Below are positions 1 to 9,620 of a stretch of DNA of 64,000 nt, in pieces. The notes beneath the pieces were generated by a model. That model made no database searches, had not been told where the DNA came from, and saw only the letters and a program-made list of their open reading frames with translations. A program made the translations under genes and the position numbers. Source of the stretch: an uncultured delta proteobacterium (GTDB taxonomy: Bacteria > Myxococcota > Myxococcia > Myxococcales > Anaeromyxobacteraceae); contig CAWFDF010000003.1 in the NCBI GenBank assembly GCA_963814585.1, positions 416,001-480,000 of the forward strand, in the 5' to 3' direction. Position 1 is the first letter of the stretch, and each line of letters begins with the position of its first letter.

Positions 1-249
1 CACGTCGCCATTGGCCGCCACCAGCGCGGGCGCCGGGTCGACGCCGGGGCCCGGTGCGCCCGCGGCCTCCTGGCCCTGGGCCGCGGCCGGCTTGCCGCCC
101 GACCAGGCCAGCACGTCGTCGCGCGAGAAGCGCCACTCCAATCCGACGCGCCGCCCCGGCAGCCCCTTCTTGAGGAGGCGATAGACCTGCTTCGGGTGGA
201 CCCGGAGGACCTCGGCCACCTCTTCGGTCGTGAGCAGCAGGTCGGACAT
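1..249 (-). CDS. Excisionase-type (HTH_17) DNA-binding regulator, partial (runs off the window start); probably fused to a substrate-binding domain
   Basis: Manual translation from ATG at 249: MSDLLLTTEEVAEVLRVHPKQVYRLLKKGLPGRRVGLEWRFSRDDVLAW, a typical HTH_17 pattern, followed by a linker. Not in the ORF track. The fusion is inferred. Confidence 0.75.
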   Translation of the reverse strand, partial: MSDLLLTTEEVAEVLRVHPKQVYRLLKKGLPGRRVGLEWRFSRDDVLAWSGGKPAAAQGQEAAGAPGPGVDPAPALVAANGDV

Positions 250-478
250 GTGGCCAGGACTATACCCGGCGCCGCCTCGGGGCCGTGGCACGCCGGGTGA
301 GCCTCGAGCCGGGCACGGCCCTGGACGCATCGCCGGCGGGGCGGGCACGACGTCCCTCATGGCTTCCGGTGTCGATCCCAATGTTCCTGGTTGTTGCCCA
401 ACCGTCCTGATAAGGAATTGACGCCTTGATCTGCAGGACCCACTTCGGACAGCCACCCGCCCTCGAGGAGACACCATC

Positions 479-1807
479 ATGAAGCCCAGTCTGCGACACA
501 CCGCCTCCGCCGCCCTCGCCGCGGCCCTCCTCCAGATCGCCCCGGCGGCGGCCCAGGAGGCCAGGGCCCAGCCCGTCCAGGCCGCCCCGCCGGCCGCGGC
601 CGCCGCGGCGACCCCGGTCGCGGTCCCGGCGACCGACCCGGTCGAGGCCCGCCTCTCCGCCCTGGAGAAGAAGGCGGGCGAAGCGGTCCAGCCGGCCTTC
701 CCGTCGGTGAAGCTCGGGGGCATCGTCCAGGCCGATGCCCGCCACTACCTCGACACCACCGACAACCGGCTCACCGACCTCTACCTGATCCGCCGGGCCC
801 GGCTCATCGCCGACGCGGCCATCACGCCCAGCCTCTCGGCGCGCGTCCAGGTCGACGTGGCCGGCGGCGTGCTGCAGTTCCTCGACGGCTACGCCGACGC
901 GCGGTGGATCCCCGGCGTCACCATCCGGGTCGGCAAGTTCACGCCCCCGGTCGGCTACGAGCGGCTCATCTCCACCGCCTCCCTGCCCTTCATCGAGTAC
1001 GCCCAGACCAGCAACCTGGTCCCCAACCGCGACGTCGGCTTGCAGGTTTCCGGCGACGCCACCAGGTACCTGAGCTGGGCCATCGGAATCTTCGACGGCG
1101 TGGCCGACGGCTTCAACAACGACGTGGACGCCTCGGACGGCAAGGACGGGGTGGCCCGCCTGGCGGTGAAGCCGCTCGACGGCCTGACCATCCACCTGGC
1201 CGGCAGCTACGGCAACCGCGCCGGCACGGCGGCGGCGCCCCTGCTCCCCACCTACCGCTCCGAGGCCCAGGCGGTCGTCTACTTCCGGTACAACGCCACC
1301 GCCGCGGCCGTCGGGACGCAATCCCGCGCCACCGCCGCCGCCTCGTACTACCTGGGGAGCCTGGGGCTGCTCGGCGAGTACGTCGCCTCGCGCCAGCGCG
1401 TCGTCAACACCACCACCGCCGCGCCGGCGGTGGTCACGGAGGCCACCCCCACCAACGCGGCCTGGCAGGTGGCCGCCTCCTGGGTGCTCACCGGCGAGAA
1501 GAACGGGGAGGGCGCGATGAAGCCGGCCCGCTCGCTCGAGCAGGGCGGCCTCGGCGCGTTCCGGGTCAGGGCCCGCTATCAGGAGCTCGACGTGGACGAC
1601 GTGCTCTTCGCCGGCAACGTCTTCGCCAACGCCTCCACCTCGGCCAGCAAGGCCTCCGGCTTCAACGTCGGGCTCGACTGGTGGCCGGTCACGCCCTTCC
1701 GCTTCCATCTCGAGTACTCGCAGACCGACTTCAAGGGAGGAGCCGCCGCCGGCGCCGACAAGCCCTCCGAGAAGGCGATCCTGACCCGGTTCCAGGCGGC
1801 ATTCTGA
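479..1807 (+). CDS. OprO/OprP-family anion-selective outer-membrane porin
   Basis: Signal peptide, short coiled coil, IRRARL, GKFTPP and NRDVG motifs, C-terminal Phe; GAGGAG RBS. Confidence 0.8.
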   Translation: MKPSLRHTASAALAAALLQIAPAAAQEARAQPVQAAPPAAAAAATPVAVPATDPVEARLSALEKKAGEAVQPAFPSVKLGGIVQADARHYLDTTDNRLTDLYLIRRARLIADAAITPSLSARVQVDVAGGVLQFLDGYADARWIPGVTIRVGKFTPPVGYERLISTASLPFIEYAQTSNLVPNRDVGLQVSGDATRYLSWAIGIFDGVADGFNNDVDASDGKDGVARLAVKPLDGLTIHLAGSYGNRAGTAAAPLLPTYRSEAQAVVYFRYNATAAAVGTQSRATAAASYYLGSLGLLGEYVASRQRVVNTTTAAPAVVTEATPTNAAWQVAASWVLTGEKNGEGAMKPARSLEQGGLGAFRVRARYQELDVDDVLFAGNVFANASTSASKASGFNVGLDWWPVTPFRFHLEYSQTDFKGGAAAGADKPSEKAILTRFQAAF

Positions 1808-1829
1808 GCTGCTGACCGCCCGGCCGCCA

Positions 1830-2507
1830 TCAAGCCTTGCTCCGGGCGTGGCGCACGTCGGTGCCGCGCACCATGAAGATGACCATCTCGGCCAGGTTGG
1901 TGGCGTGGTCGCCGAACCGCTCCAGGTGCTTGGCGGAGAACATGAGCGAGGTGGCGCGCCGGATGCTGCGCGGGTCCTCCATCATGCTGGTGAGCAGGTG
2001 GTTGAAGATCTTCAGGTAGAGGGCGTCGAGGTGATCGTCGGCCTCGAGCACCTCCTCGGCCTTGGCCGGATCGGCGGTGACGAAGGCGTCGAGCGCCTTG
2101 GCCAGCGCCGCCTCGCTCAGGGCCGCCAGCCGCCCCAGGTCGTGCAGCGGCTGGAGCGCCGGCGCCTGGGCCAGGTCGATGGCCCGCCGGGCGATGTTGA
2201 CGGCCAGGTCGCCCATCCGCTCCAGGTCGGTGACGATCTTGAGGGCGGTGGTGATGAACCGGAGGTCGCTGGCGGCGGGCTGGCGGAGGGCCAGGATGCG
2301 CCGGCAGGCGCCGTCGATCTCCACCTCCATCCGGTTGACGGTCCTGTCCTTGCGGATCACCTGCTCGGCCAGCGCGGCGTCGCGCTCGACGATGGCGCGA
2401 ACGCTGTCCGCGATGGCCGCCTCGACGAGGCCGCCCATCTCCAGCAGCCGCTCGCGCAGCGCGGTGAGCTCGGCCTCGTACGACTTGTCGATGTGGGTCT
2501 TGACCAT
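1830..2507 (-). CDS. phoU: Phosphate signalling complex protein PhoU
   Basis: DLERMGD and HLERFGDHATNLAE repeats; directly downstream of pstB; start set at MVKTH after a purine-rich RBS. Confidence 0.95.
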   Translation of the reverse strand: MVKTHIDKSYEAELTALRERLLEMGGLVEAAIADSVRAIVERDAALAEQVIRKDRTVNRMEVEIDGACRRILALRQPAASDLRFITTALKIVTDLERMGDLAVNIARRAIDLAQAPALQPLHDLGRLAALSEAALAKALDAFVTADPAKAEEVLEADDHLDALYLKIFNHLLTSMMEDPRSIRRATSLMFSAKHLERFGDHATNLAEMVIFMVRGTDVRHARSKA

Positions 2508-2533
2508 CGCTCTCCCCTTTCCCCGGCGCGACA

Positions 2534-3316
2534 CTAGCCGAACTTGCCGGTGACGTAGTCCTCGGTCCTCGGCTCGCGCGGGTTGGTGAAGATCTGCTCG
2601 GTGGAGCCCACCTCGACCAGCTCGCCCATGTAGAAGAAGGCGGTCTGGTCGGAGACGCGGGCCGCCTGCTGCATGTTGTGGGTGACGATGACGATGGTGT
2701 AGCGGGCCTTGAGCTCGTGGATCAGGTCCTCGATCTTGGCGGTGGCGATGGGGTCGAGGGCCGAGGCCGGCTCGTCCATCAGCAGCACCTCGGGCTGGAC
2801 CGCCAGCGCCCGGGCGATGCAGAGCCGCTGCTGCTGGCCGCCGGAGAGGCCCAGCGCGCTCTCGTGGAGCCGGTCCTTCACCTCGTCCCAGAGGGCGGCC
2901 CCCTGCAGCGATCGGATCACCCGCTCCAGCAGCAGCGCCCGATCGTTGAGCCCGCCCACCCGCAGGCCGTAGGCCACGTTCTCGAAGATCGACTTCGGGA
3001 ACGGGTTCGACTTCTGGAAGACCATCCCCACCCGCCGCCGCAGCTCCACCACGTCGAGCCGGCCGTCGACCACGCTCACGCCGTCCAGCAGCACCTCGCC
3101 CTTCATGGTGGCGCCGGGGATCAGGTCGTTCATCCGGTTGAGGGCGCGCAGGAAGGTCGACTTGCCGCAGCCCGAGGGTCCGATCAGGGCGGTGACCTGC
3201 TTCTCGGGGAGGACCAGGTCCACGTCCTTCACGGCGACCTTCTCGCCGTAGGCGACCTGCAGCTTCCTCGCCTCCATCTTGGGGCGAGACGTCGGGGCGG
3301 TGGCTTCCGGGCTCAT
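2534..3316 (-). CDS. pstB: Phosphate ABC transporter ATPase PstB
   Basis: [53 protein letters not shown]. Confidence 0.97.
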   Translation of the reverse strand: MSPEATAPTSRPKMEARKLQVAYGEKVAVKDVDLVLPEKQVTALIGPSGCGKSTFLRALNRMNDLIPGATMKGEVLLDGVSVVDGRLDVVELRRRVGMVFQKSNPFPKSIFENVAYGLRVGGLNDRALLLERVIRSLQGAALWDEVKDRLHESALGLSGGQQQRLCIARALAVQPEVLLMDEPASALDPIATAKIEDLIHELKARYTIVIVTHNMQQAARVSDQTAFFYMGELVEVGSTEQIFTNPREPRTEDYVTGKFG

Positions 3317-3320
3317 GGGC

Positions 3321-4235
3321 TCAGTGTCCGGCGACGGCGGCGCGGCGGGTCCGCGCGCGCAGCACGATGGCGATCAGGTTGAGGAGGAAGGTCAGGGAGA
3401 GGAGCACCAGGACGGTGGCGTAGAGGAGCGGCTTGGTGGCCTCCACGTCGGTCGACTGGGTCGCCAGCACGTAGACGTGGTAGCCGAGGTGCATGAACTG
3501 GCTGAAGGCGCCGCTGGGGAGGTCGGGGAGGAAGTAGGCCACGCCGGTGAAGAGGATGGGGGCCACCTCGCCGGCCCCGCGGGCCACCGCCAGGATGGCG
3601 CCGGTGAGGATGCCGGGGACGGCGCTCGGCAGGATGACCCGGGCCAGGGTCTGCGACCTGGTGGCGCCCAGGGCCAGCGAGGCGTCGCGCCAGTCGCGCG
3701 GCACCGCCCGCAGCGCCTCCTCGGTGGAGACGATCACCACCGGCAGGGTCAGCACCGCCAGCGTCAGCGCCGCCCAGATCAGGGCAGGCTGGCCATAGCG
3801 GAGCGCCCCCTCGGCCGTGAGGGCCCGGTCCATGGAGCGCCCCACGAACTGGATGAAGAAGCCGAGGCCGAAGAGGCCGAAGACGATGGAGGGGACGCCG
3901 GCCAGGTTCTGCACCGCCACCCGCACCGCCCCGGCGAGGCGGGAGTCCCTGGGCGCGTACTCGTGCAGGTAGACCGCGGTCAGCACGCCGACCGGCATCA
4001 CCGCCACGGTCATGAGCAGGGTCAGGATGGCGGTGCCGTAGATGGCCGGGAAGATCCCGCCCTCGGTCATCCCCTCGCTCGGGGCCTGGGTGACGAACTC
4101 GAGCGAGAGGCGCGACCAGCCGCCCGCCACCACGTCGACGAGGATGAAGGCGAGCATGGCCACGACCAGGAGCGCGGCGGCGCCGGTCAGGCCGGCCAGC
4201 CCGGCGCCCACCCACTTGCGGGCGGCGAGCCTCAC
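3321..4235 (-). CDS. pstA: Phosphate ABC transporter permease PstA
   Basis: [17 protein letters not shown]-type loop, [10 protein letters not shown]; operon position. Confidence 0.95.
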   Translation of the reverse strand: MRLAARKWVGAGLAGLTGAAALLVVAMLAFILVDVVAGGWSRLSLEFVTQAPSEGMTEGGIFPAIYGTAILTLLMTVAVMPVGVLTAVYLHEYAPRDSRLAGAVRVAVQNLAGVPSIVFGLFGLGFFIQFVGRSMDRALTAEGALRYGQPALIWAALTLAVLTLPVVIVSTEEALRAVPRDWRDASLALGATRSQTLARVILPSAVPGILTGAILAVARGAGEVAPILFTGVAYFLPDLPSGAFSQFMHLGYHVYVLATQSTDVEATKPLLYATVLVLLSLTFLLNLIAIVLRARTRRAAVAGH

Positions 4236-5227
4236 GCCGCGGCCCCGGACATGCGGCGCACCAGGCGGCGCACCACCACGGCCGCCAGGCTGTTGAGGAC
4301 GAAGGTGAAGACGAAGAGCTCGACGCCGATGAAGAAGAGGACCGCGTAGTGGCCGCCGCCGACCACCACCTCGCCCATCTCGGCCGCGACGGTGGCAGGC
4401 AGCGTCCGGATCGAGTCGCCGAAGGACCAGGTGGTGGTGGCGGCGTTGCCCGACGCCATCAGCACGATCATGGTCTCGCCGATGGCCCGGCCGAAGCCGA
4501 GCACCACCGCCGCCAGCACGCCCGGGGCGGCGGCTGGCAGCACCACGCGGAAGGCGGTCTCCCAGCGGGTGGCCCCCAGCGCCAGCGAGGCCTCCCGGAA
4601 GGCGCGCGGCACCGCGGTGAGGGCGTCCTCGCTCACGGTGTAGACGACCGGGATGATGGTGAGGGCCAGCGCCAGGCCGGCGCCCACCGCGTTGAGGCGC
4701 GACGTGAAGCCGAAGGCCGCTTGCAGCCAGGAGGCGAGCACCACCAGGGCGAAGAAGCCGAGCACCACCGAGGGGATGCCGGCCAGCAGCTCGATGACCG
4801 GCTTGAGCACCTCGCGCAGCCGCGGCGGCGCGAACTCGGATGAGAACACCGCCGAGGCGATGCCGACCGGGACCGCCACCAGCATGGCCACCGTGGTGAC
4901 CTTCAGGGTGCCGACGAAGAGCGGGATCATCGAGTACTTGGGGATGTCCCCCACCGGCTGCCAGGTGAACGAGGCGGGGCGGCCGGCGCGCCAGACCTGG
5001 GGCAGGAACATCCGGGCCAGGTCGGTCTCCTTGGCCACCTCGGGGTCGCTGAGGAGCGGGAGCGCCTCGCGCGCCACGAAGACGAAGATGAGGACCACGG
5101 CGGCGATCCCGGTGAGGGCCACGAGCGTGATGCCGAGCTCGATGGCCGCCTCCTGGAACCGCCGCCGCCGGGCCGCCGCGGCCGGGGAGGCCGCGCGCGG
5201 CGGTGGGATGGTCGTCGTGGCCGTCAC
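4232..5227 (-). CDS. pstC: Phosphate ABC transporter permease PstC (start uncertain: 5227, 5272 or 5296)
   Basis: [36 protein letters not shown]. Confidence 0.93.
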   Translation of the reverse strand: MTATTTIPPPRAASPAAAARRRRFQEAAIELGITLVALTGIAAVVLIFVFVAREALPLLSDPEVAKETDLARMFLPQVWRAGRPASFTWQPVGDIPKYSMIPLFVGTLKVTTVAMLVAVPVGIASAVFSSEFAPPRLREVLKPVIELLAGIPSVVLGFFALVVLASWLQAAFGFTSRLNAVGAGLALALTIIPVVYTVSEDALTAVPRAFREASLALGATRWETAFRVVLPAAAPGVLAAVVLGFGRAIGETMIVLMASGNAATTTWSFGDSIRTLPATVAAEMGEVVVGGGHYAVLFFIGVELFVFTFVLNSLAAVVVRRLVRRMSGAAA

Positions 5228-5261
5228 GGCTGCGGATCTCTCAGGTCCAGATGTCGGACCC

Positions 5262-5297
5262 GTGGCGGCCATGTGACGGACGGGTGACGCCGTCACC
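5262..5297 (-). promoter_or_regulatory. Putative pho box at the pstS/pstC junction
   Basis: Plus strand GTGGC 5262, GTGAC 5273 and GTGAC 5284 (11-bp period), followed by CGTCACC. Confidence 0.55.
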
Positions 5298-6111
5298 TGA
5301 CCGGGAAGTAGCCCACCTGGGTGACGATCGCCTGGCCCTCCGCGGAGAGGCAGTAGTCGATGAACTCCTTCGCCTCGCCGCCCGGCGTGCCGCGCGTGTA
5401 CATGAAGAGCGGCCGGGAGAGCGGGTACTTGCCGGACTTCACGTTCTCGGCGGAGGGGGCGTAGCCCTGCCCGTCCTGGCCGACCACCTTGACCTCCTTG
5501 ACGCCCTTGGCGTAGGCGGCGCCGCCGTAGCCGATGCCCTTCGTCTCCTTCGACACGGCGTTGACCACCGCAGCCGTACCCGGAAGGGTCTGGGCGCTGG
5601 CGGCGAAGTCCTCTCCCTTGAGGACGTTGTCCTTGAAGAAGACGTAGGTTCCGGAGGAGTTCTCGCGGGAGTAGGGGACGATGGGGGCGTCGGCGCCGCC
5701 GACCGCCTTCCAGTTGGTCACGTCGCCCTGGTAGATGGCCCGGAGCTGGGCCAGCGTCAGCTGGGTGACGCCGTTCGACTCGTGCACGTAGACGGCGAGC
5801 CCGTCCCTGGCGACCGGGATCTCCGAGGGCAGGACGTTGAAGCGGTCCCGGACCTTGGCCTTCTCGTCGCCCTTCATGGGGCGCGAGGCGTTGGCGATCT
5901 CGGTGGTGCCATTGATGAGCGCGGCGATGCCGGTGCCGGAGCCGCCGCCGGTCACCTGGACCTTCTTGCCGGCGTTCTTCTTCATGTAGTTCTCGGCCCA
6001 GCGCTGGGCCAGGATGACCATGGTGTCGGAGCCCTTGACGGTGACGGCGGCCTGCGAGACGGCCGGCGCCAGGGCGATGGCGGTGAGGACAGCGAGTGCG
6101 ATGCGCTTCAT
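5293..6111 (-). CDS. pstS: Phosphate ABC transporter substrate-binding protein PstS
   Basis: Signal peptide, KGSDT, GGGSGTG, SRENSSGT, YPLSRPLF; AAGGAG RBS before MKRIAL. Confidence 0.95.
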   Translation of the reverse strand: MKRIALAVLTAIALAPAVSQAAVTVKGSDTMVILAQRWAENYMKKNAGKKVQVTGGGSGTGIAALINGTTEIANASRPMKGDEKAKVRDRFNVLPSEIPVARDGLAVYVHESNGVTQLTLAQLRAIYQGDVTNWKAVGGADAPIVPYSRENSSGTYVFFKDNVLKGEDFAASAQTLPGTAAVVNAVSKETKGIGYGGAAYAKGVKEVKVVGQDGQGYAPSAENVKSGKYPLSRPLFMYTRGTPGGEAKEFIDYCLSAEGQAIVTQVGYFPVR

Positions 6112-6135
6112 GGGCGTTCTCTCCTTCATGTACCG

Positions 6136-6198
6136 AATGTAGTGGTGGATGGTGACGTGACCGCGTCCGGCCTGTGACGTTCCCGTGACCTCGTCACC
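6136..6198 (-). promoter_or_regulatory. PhoB-dependent promoter of pstS (pho box plus -10 element)
   Basis: Minus-strand GTCAC units (plus-strand GTGAC at 6185, 6174, 6152; 11- and 22-bp spacing), then 10 bp, then TACATT. Confidence 0.75.
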
Positions 6199-6204
6199 TG
6201 GCGT

Positions 6205-7446
6205 CTAGAACTTGACCTGGGCCTGGGCGAGCCAGGAGTCGGCGTTGGGATCCGCCGGCGCCGTCGGACCCTTCTCGCCGTTCATGGGGTGGTACCAGGC
6301 CACCGAGAACTTCATGTTCCCGCCGATGAAGGTGTGGACCGCCACCTGGAGCTCCTCCTGGACCTTCACGGCGGTGGGGCTGGCCGCGAAGTCCACGGTG
6401 TGGTCGGGCCGGTACTGCTCGTACTTGACGGCGAGCTGGTTCCAGGGGCCCACGTTCTGCAGGCCGATGAGGTACCACCCGGAGCCGGTGGGGACCGGCG
6501 CCGCCGAGGTCAGGCCCGGCAGGTTGCCGCCCGCGCCCAGGTCGCTGTTGGCAGTCCCGATGGTGGTCTGGCCCCACATGTACTCGCCCTTGAGGGCGGT
6601 GCCGCCGAGGGGGAGCAGGTCGAGGAACAGCTGCGCGTCCACCGCCACGCGGGTGCGCGGGTACTCCTTGTCGTCGGCGCGGGCGTAGTTGATGGTCTTG
6701 CCGTACCAGCCGGAGGCACCGGCGGTCACCACGCCCAGGTCGACCCAGGCGCGGCCGATGACGTCCTTGAGCTGGTCGTTGTCCTTCCCGGTCTGGCCGG
6801 AGTTGATGCCGTTGCCGTTGAAGAGGCCGACCTTGAAGTTGACCAGCGAGAGCTTGCCGCGCAGGGCCACGCCCAGGTCGTACTCGCCCAGCAGGAAGGC
6901 GCGGGTGACGCGGGCCCGCGCCAGGGTGTCGAGGTCCGAGGAGGAGCGGGTGAAGACCTCGTAGCCGAAGGGCATGAGCTGGAGACCGGCGTCGAGCGCC
7001 AGTCCGTAGGGGAGCTTGAGGCTGACGTAGGCCTCCTTGATGCCGACCAGCGTCGGCACCACGTCGATCTGCAGGGTGTACTGCGACCAGTCGGCGTCGT
7101 AGGCCACCTTGAAGCGGCCGCGGGCGACGGTGAAGTTCTGCCCCGCCGGCGTGGTGGGCGGGGTGGCGGCGGCCGAGCCGTTGTAGCGCACCGCCTCCTG
7201 CCAGACGTAGAGGGCCTGGATGTAGCCGGAGAGCTTGAGCCTCTTCATGCTGGCCACGTCGGCCCTGGTCTCGGCGAACTGCTCGGCCAGCGCCTCGAGC
7301 TTCCCCTCCAGGACCGCCGGATCGGCGGCGGGAGCGGAGGTCGAGGGCGCGGAAGAGGCGGGAGCGGAGGACGTGGCCTCCTGGGCGAGGGCGACCGCGG
7401 GCGCGAGGGCCACGGCGGCGAGGACGGCGACGGTGCGTCGGAACAT
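6205..7446 (-). CDS. Phosphate-selective porin-like outer-membrane protein
   Basis: Real start MFRRT at 7446; signal peptide, coiled coil, LSGYIQ, ARGRFK, FNGNG, C-terminal QAQVKF; lies between phoR and pstS. Confidence 0.8.
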   Translation of the reverse strand: MFRRTVAVLAAVALAPAVALAQEATSSAPASSAPSTSAPAADPAVLEGKLEALAEQFAETRADVASMKRLKLSGYIQALYVWQEAVRYNGSAAATPPTTPAGQNFTVARGRFKVAYDADWSQYTLQIDVVPTLVGIKEAYVSLKLPYGLALDAGLQLMPFGYEVFTRSSSDLDTLARARVTRAFLLGEYDLGVALRGKLSLVNFKVGLFNGNGINSGQTGKDNDQLKDVIGRAWVDLGVVTAGASGWYGKTINYARADDKEYPRTRVAVDAQLFLDLLPLGGTALKGEYMWGQTTIGTANSDLGAGGNLPGLTSAAPVPTGSGWYLIGLQNVGPWNQLAVKYEQYRPDHTVDFAASPTAVKVQEELQVAVHTFIGGNMKFSVAWYHPMNGEKGPTAPADPNADSWLAQAQVKF

Positions 7447-7538
7447 GTGAACGACCCCTTGGAGAGAGAAGCCGACCTGTGCTGGCTCGGTGCGGGGTGG
7501 TTCTAGGTCCGCCGCGTGGCGGCGCCGGGGCGAGCGCG

Positions 7539-7563
7539 GTGACGGATCGGTGAGGTCGTCACC
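7539..7563 (-). promoter_or_regulatory. Putative pho box upstream of the porin gene
   Basis: Plus strand GTGAC-N6-GTGAG-GT-CGTCACC. Confidence 0.65.
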
Positions 7564-7637
7564 GGTGCGGCGGGCCCGGTACGGCGCCCTGGCCGGACTC
7601 GCCCCATCACGGCCGGGATCGAGCCGGGCGGGCGGTG

Positions 7638-8789
7638 CTACCCGGCGCCGTCGCGGGAGGCGGCCGGGAGGCGCACCGTGAAGCAGGTGCCGCTGGCGCC
7701 GCTCTCGACGCCAATCTCGCCGTGCATCCCCTGCACGAGGTGCTTGGCGATGGCCAGGCCGAGCCCGGTCCCGCCGGCCTCGCGGGCCCGGCCCGGATCG
7801 ATCCGGTAGAAGCGCTCGAAGAGCCGCGCCAGGTGGTGCGGCTCGATGCCAGGGCCGGTGTCGGTGACCGTGAGCAGCGCGTCCTCGCCGCGCGCCACGG
7901 CCCGCAGCGCGACCGAGCCGCTCGGCGTGTACTTGATGGCGTTGTCGACGAGGTTGACCACCACCTGCTCCAGCGCCCGCCCGTCGGCCATGGCCAGCAG
8001 CCCCTCGGGGATCTCCACCCGCAGCTCCAGGCCCTTCCTGCGAGCCGGCGGGCCGTGGAGCTCGAGCACCTGCCGGCCCAGGCCGGACAGCTCCACCGGC
8101 GCCACCTCGAAGCGCCACTGGCGCGACTCCAGCCGGGAGAGATCGAGCAGGTCCTGGGTGAGGCGGGAGAGCCGCTCCGCCTGCCGGTGGACGATCTCGA
8201 CGAAGTGGCGCGCCGACTCCGGCTGGTCCAGGGCGCCGGCCAGCAGCGTCTCGGCCGCGCCCCGGATGGCGGCCACCGGCGTGCGCAGCTCGTGGGAGGC
8301 GTTGGCCACGAAGTCGCGCCGGGTGGCGGCGGCGCGCCGCTCCTCGGTCACGTCGCGCGCCAGGCACAGCACCTCGCCCCGCAGGAGCGGCGTCAGCTGC
8401 ACCGAGAGGGCGCGGTGATGGAGCTCCAGCTCCAGCCGGCGCGCCGACCCCTCCAGCGCCCGGCGCACCGCCTCGGCCAGCTCCCCGCTCCTGGTCACCT
8501 CCAGCGCGGTGAGCCCGGCGGCCCGCCCGCCGGCCGAGAGCGCGTCGAAGGCGGCGTTGCAGACCCGCACCCGCCCGTCGACCGCCACCACGGCCGCCGC
8601 GTCGGGCAGCGAGGCCAGCAGCTCCTGCTCGGCGGGGTCGCGCACGGTGGCGAAGCGGCGCAGCTCCCGCTGCAGCAGCAGGCTTCCCAGCTCCGCCACC
8701 TCCTGGCCGAGATCGGCGTGAGGCCCGCCCCCCAGCTCGGCGCGCAGCGCCCGGATGGCGGCGAAGAGCGGCGTCCGTCCCAGGGCCAT
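7638..8789 (-). CDS. phoR: Phosphate regulon sensor histidine kinase PhoR
   Basis: PAS-like region, DFVANASHELRTP H-box, NLVDNAIKY, DTGPGI, FERFYR, GGTGLGLAI; follows phoB. Confidence 0.9.
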   Translation of the reverse strand: MALGRTPLFAAIRALRAELGGGPHADLGQEVAELGSLLLQRELRRFATVRDPAEQELLASLPDAAAVVAVDGRVRVCNAAFDALSAGGRAAGLTALEVTRSGELAEAVRRALEGSARRLELELHHRALSVQLTPLLRGEVLCLARDVTEERRAAATRRDFVANASHELRTPVAAIRGAAETLLAGALDQPESARHFVEIVHRQAERLSRLTQDLLDLSRLESRQWRFEVAPVELSGLGRQVLELHGPPARRKGLELRVEIPEGLLAMADGRALEQVVVNLVDNAIKYTPSGSVALRAVARGEDALLTVTDTGPGIEPHHLARLFERFYRIDPGRAREAGGTGLGLAIAKHLVQGMHGEIGVESGASGTCFTVRLPAASRDGAG

Positions 8790-8794
8790 GGTGG

Positions 8795-9493
8795 CTAGCC
8801 CCCCTGGTCGGCCGGATCGACCATGCGGTAGCCGATGCCACGCACCGTCTCCAGCAGGTCTCGCCCCACGCCCAGCTTCTCGCGCAGCCGCTTCACGTGC
8901 GTGTCGACGGTCCGCGTCTCCACGTCGGGCGACATCTCCCAGACGTCCTCGAGCAGCTGCTCGCGCGACTGCACCCGCCCCAGCCGCGACATGAAGGTGG
9001 TGAGGAGCCGGAACTCGAGCGGCGTCAGGTCCATCTCGACGCCGTCGGCGAAGGCGCGGTGGGCCTCGACGTCCACGCGGATGGGGCCGACCCGCTCGCG
9101 CGGCGGCTCGGTGGCCCGCCCGGCGCCGGCCCGGCGCAGCACCGCCTTGAGCCGCAGCACCAGCTCCCGGACGCTGAAGGGCTTGGTGACGTAGTCGTCC
9201 GCCCCGAGCTCGAAGCCGACCACGCGGTCGACCTCCTCGCCCTTGGCGGTGAGCATCACCACCGGCACGTGGCGGGTCCGCGGGTCGGCCTTGATGCGCC
9301 GGCAGACCTCCGTGCCGGGGAGATCCGGCAGCATCAGGTCGAGCAGCACCAGGTCCGGGACGCGCCGCCTCAGCGCCAGCAGCGCCTCCTCGCCCCGGGT
9401 GGCCAGGATGGTCTCGAACCCGGCCGCGCGCAGGTTGAAGTCCAGGACCGAGAGCAGGTCGCGCTCGTCGTCGCAGAGGAGGACCGTGGTCAC
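8795..9493 (-). CDS. phoB: Phosphate regulon response regulator PhoB
   Basis: Receiver domain (LLDLMLP, ADDYVTKPFS) plus OmpR-type wHTH (RTVDTHVKRLREKL); adjacent to phoR and pst. Confidence 0.93.
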   Translation of the reverse strand: MTTVLLCDDERDLLSVLDFNLRAAGFETILATRGEEALLALRRRVPDLVLLDLMLPDLPGTEVCRRIKADPRTRHVPVVMLTAKGEEVDRVVGFELGADDYVTKPFSVRELVLRLKAVLRRAGAGRATEPPRERVGPIRVDVEAHRAFADGVEMDLTPLEFRLLTTFMSRLGRVQSREQLLEDVWEMSPDVETRTVDTHVKRLREKLGVGRDLLETVRGIGYRMVDPADQGG

Positions 9494-9515
9494 GCGCGGA
9501 TCACCTCATCTCAGC

Positions 9516-9562
9516 GTGACAGGACCGTGGCTGCCGTGCAACGGAACGGTGACGTCGTCACC
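9516..9562 (-). promoter_or_regulatory. Autoregulatory pho box upstream of phoB
   Basis: Four units at exact 11-bp period (GTGAC 9516, GTGGC 9527, GCAAC 9538, GTGAC 9549) plus CGTCACC. Confidence 0.7.
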
Positions 9563-9620
9563 CGGGGAGCCCCGCCGGGGATCCGCCCCCGTCCCCGCTC
9601 CGGGGTACGATGAAAGAGCC

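Noticed and set aside
6205..8841. 878-aa ORF as a single porin fusion
   Set aside because: The N-terminal half is an off-frame shadow of phoR; the porin starts at 7446.
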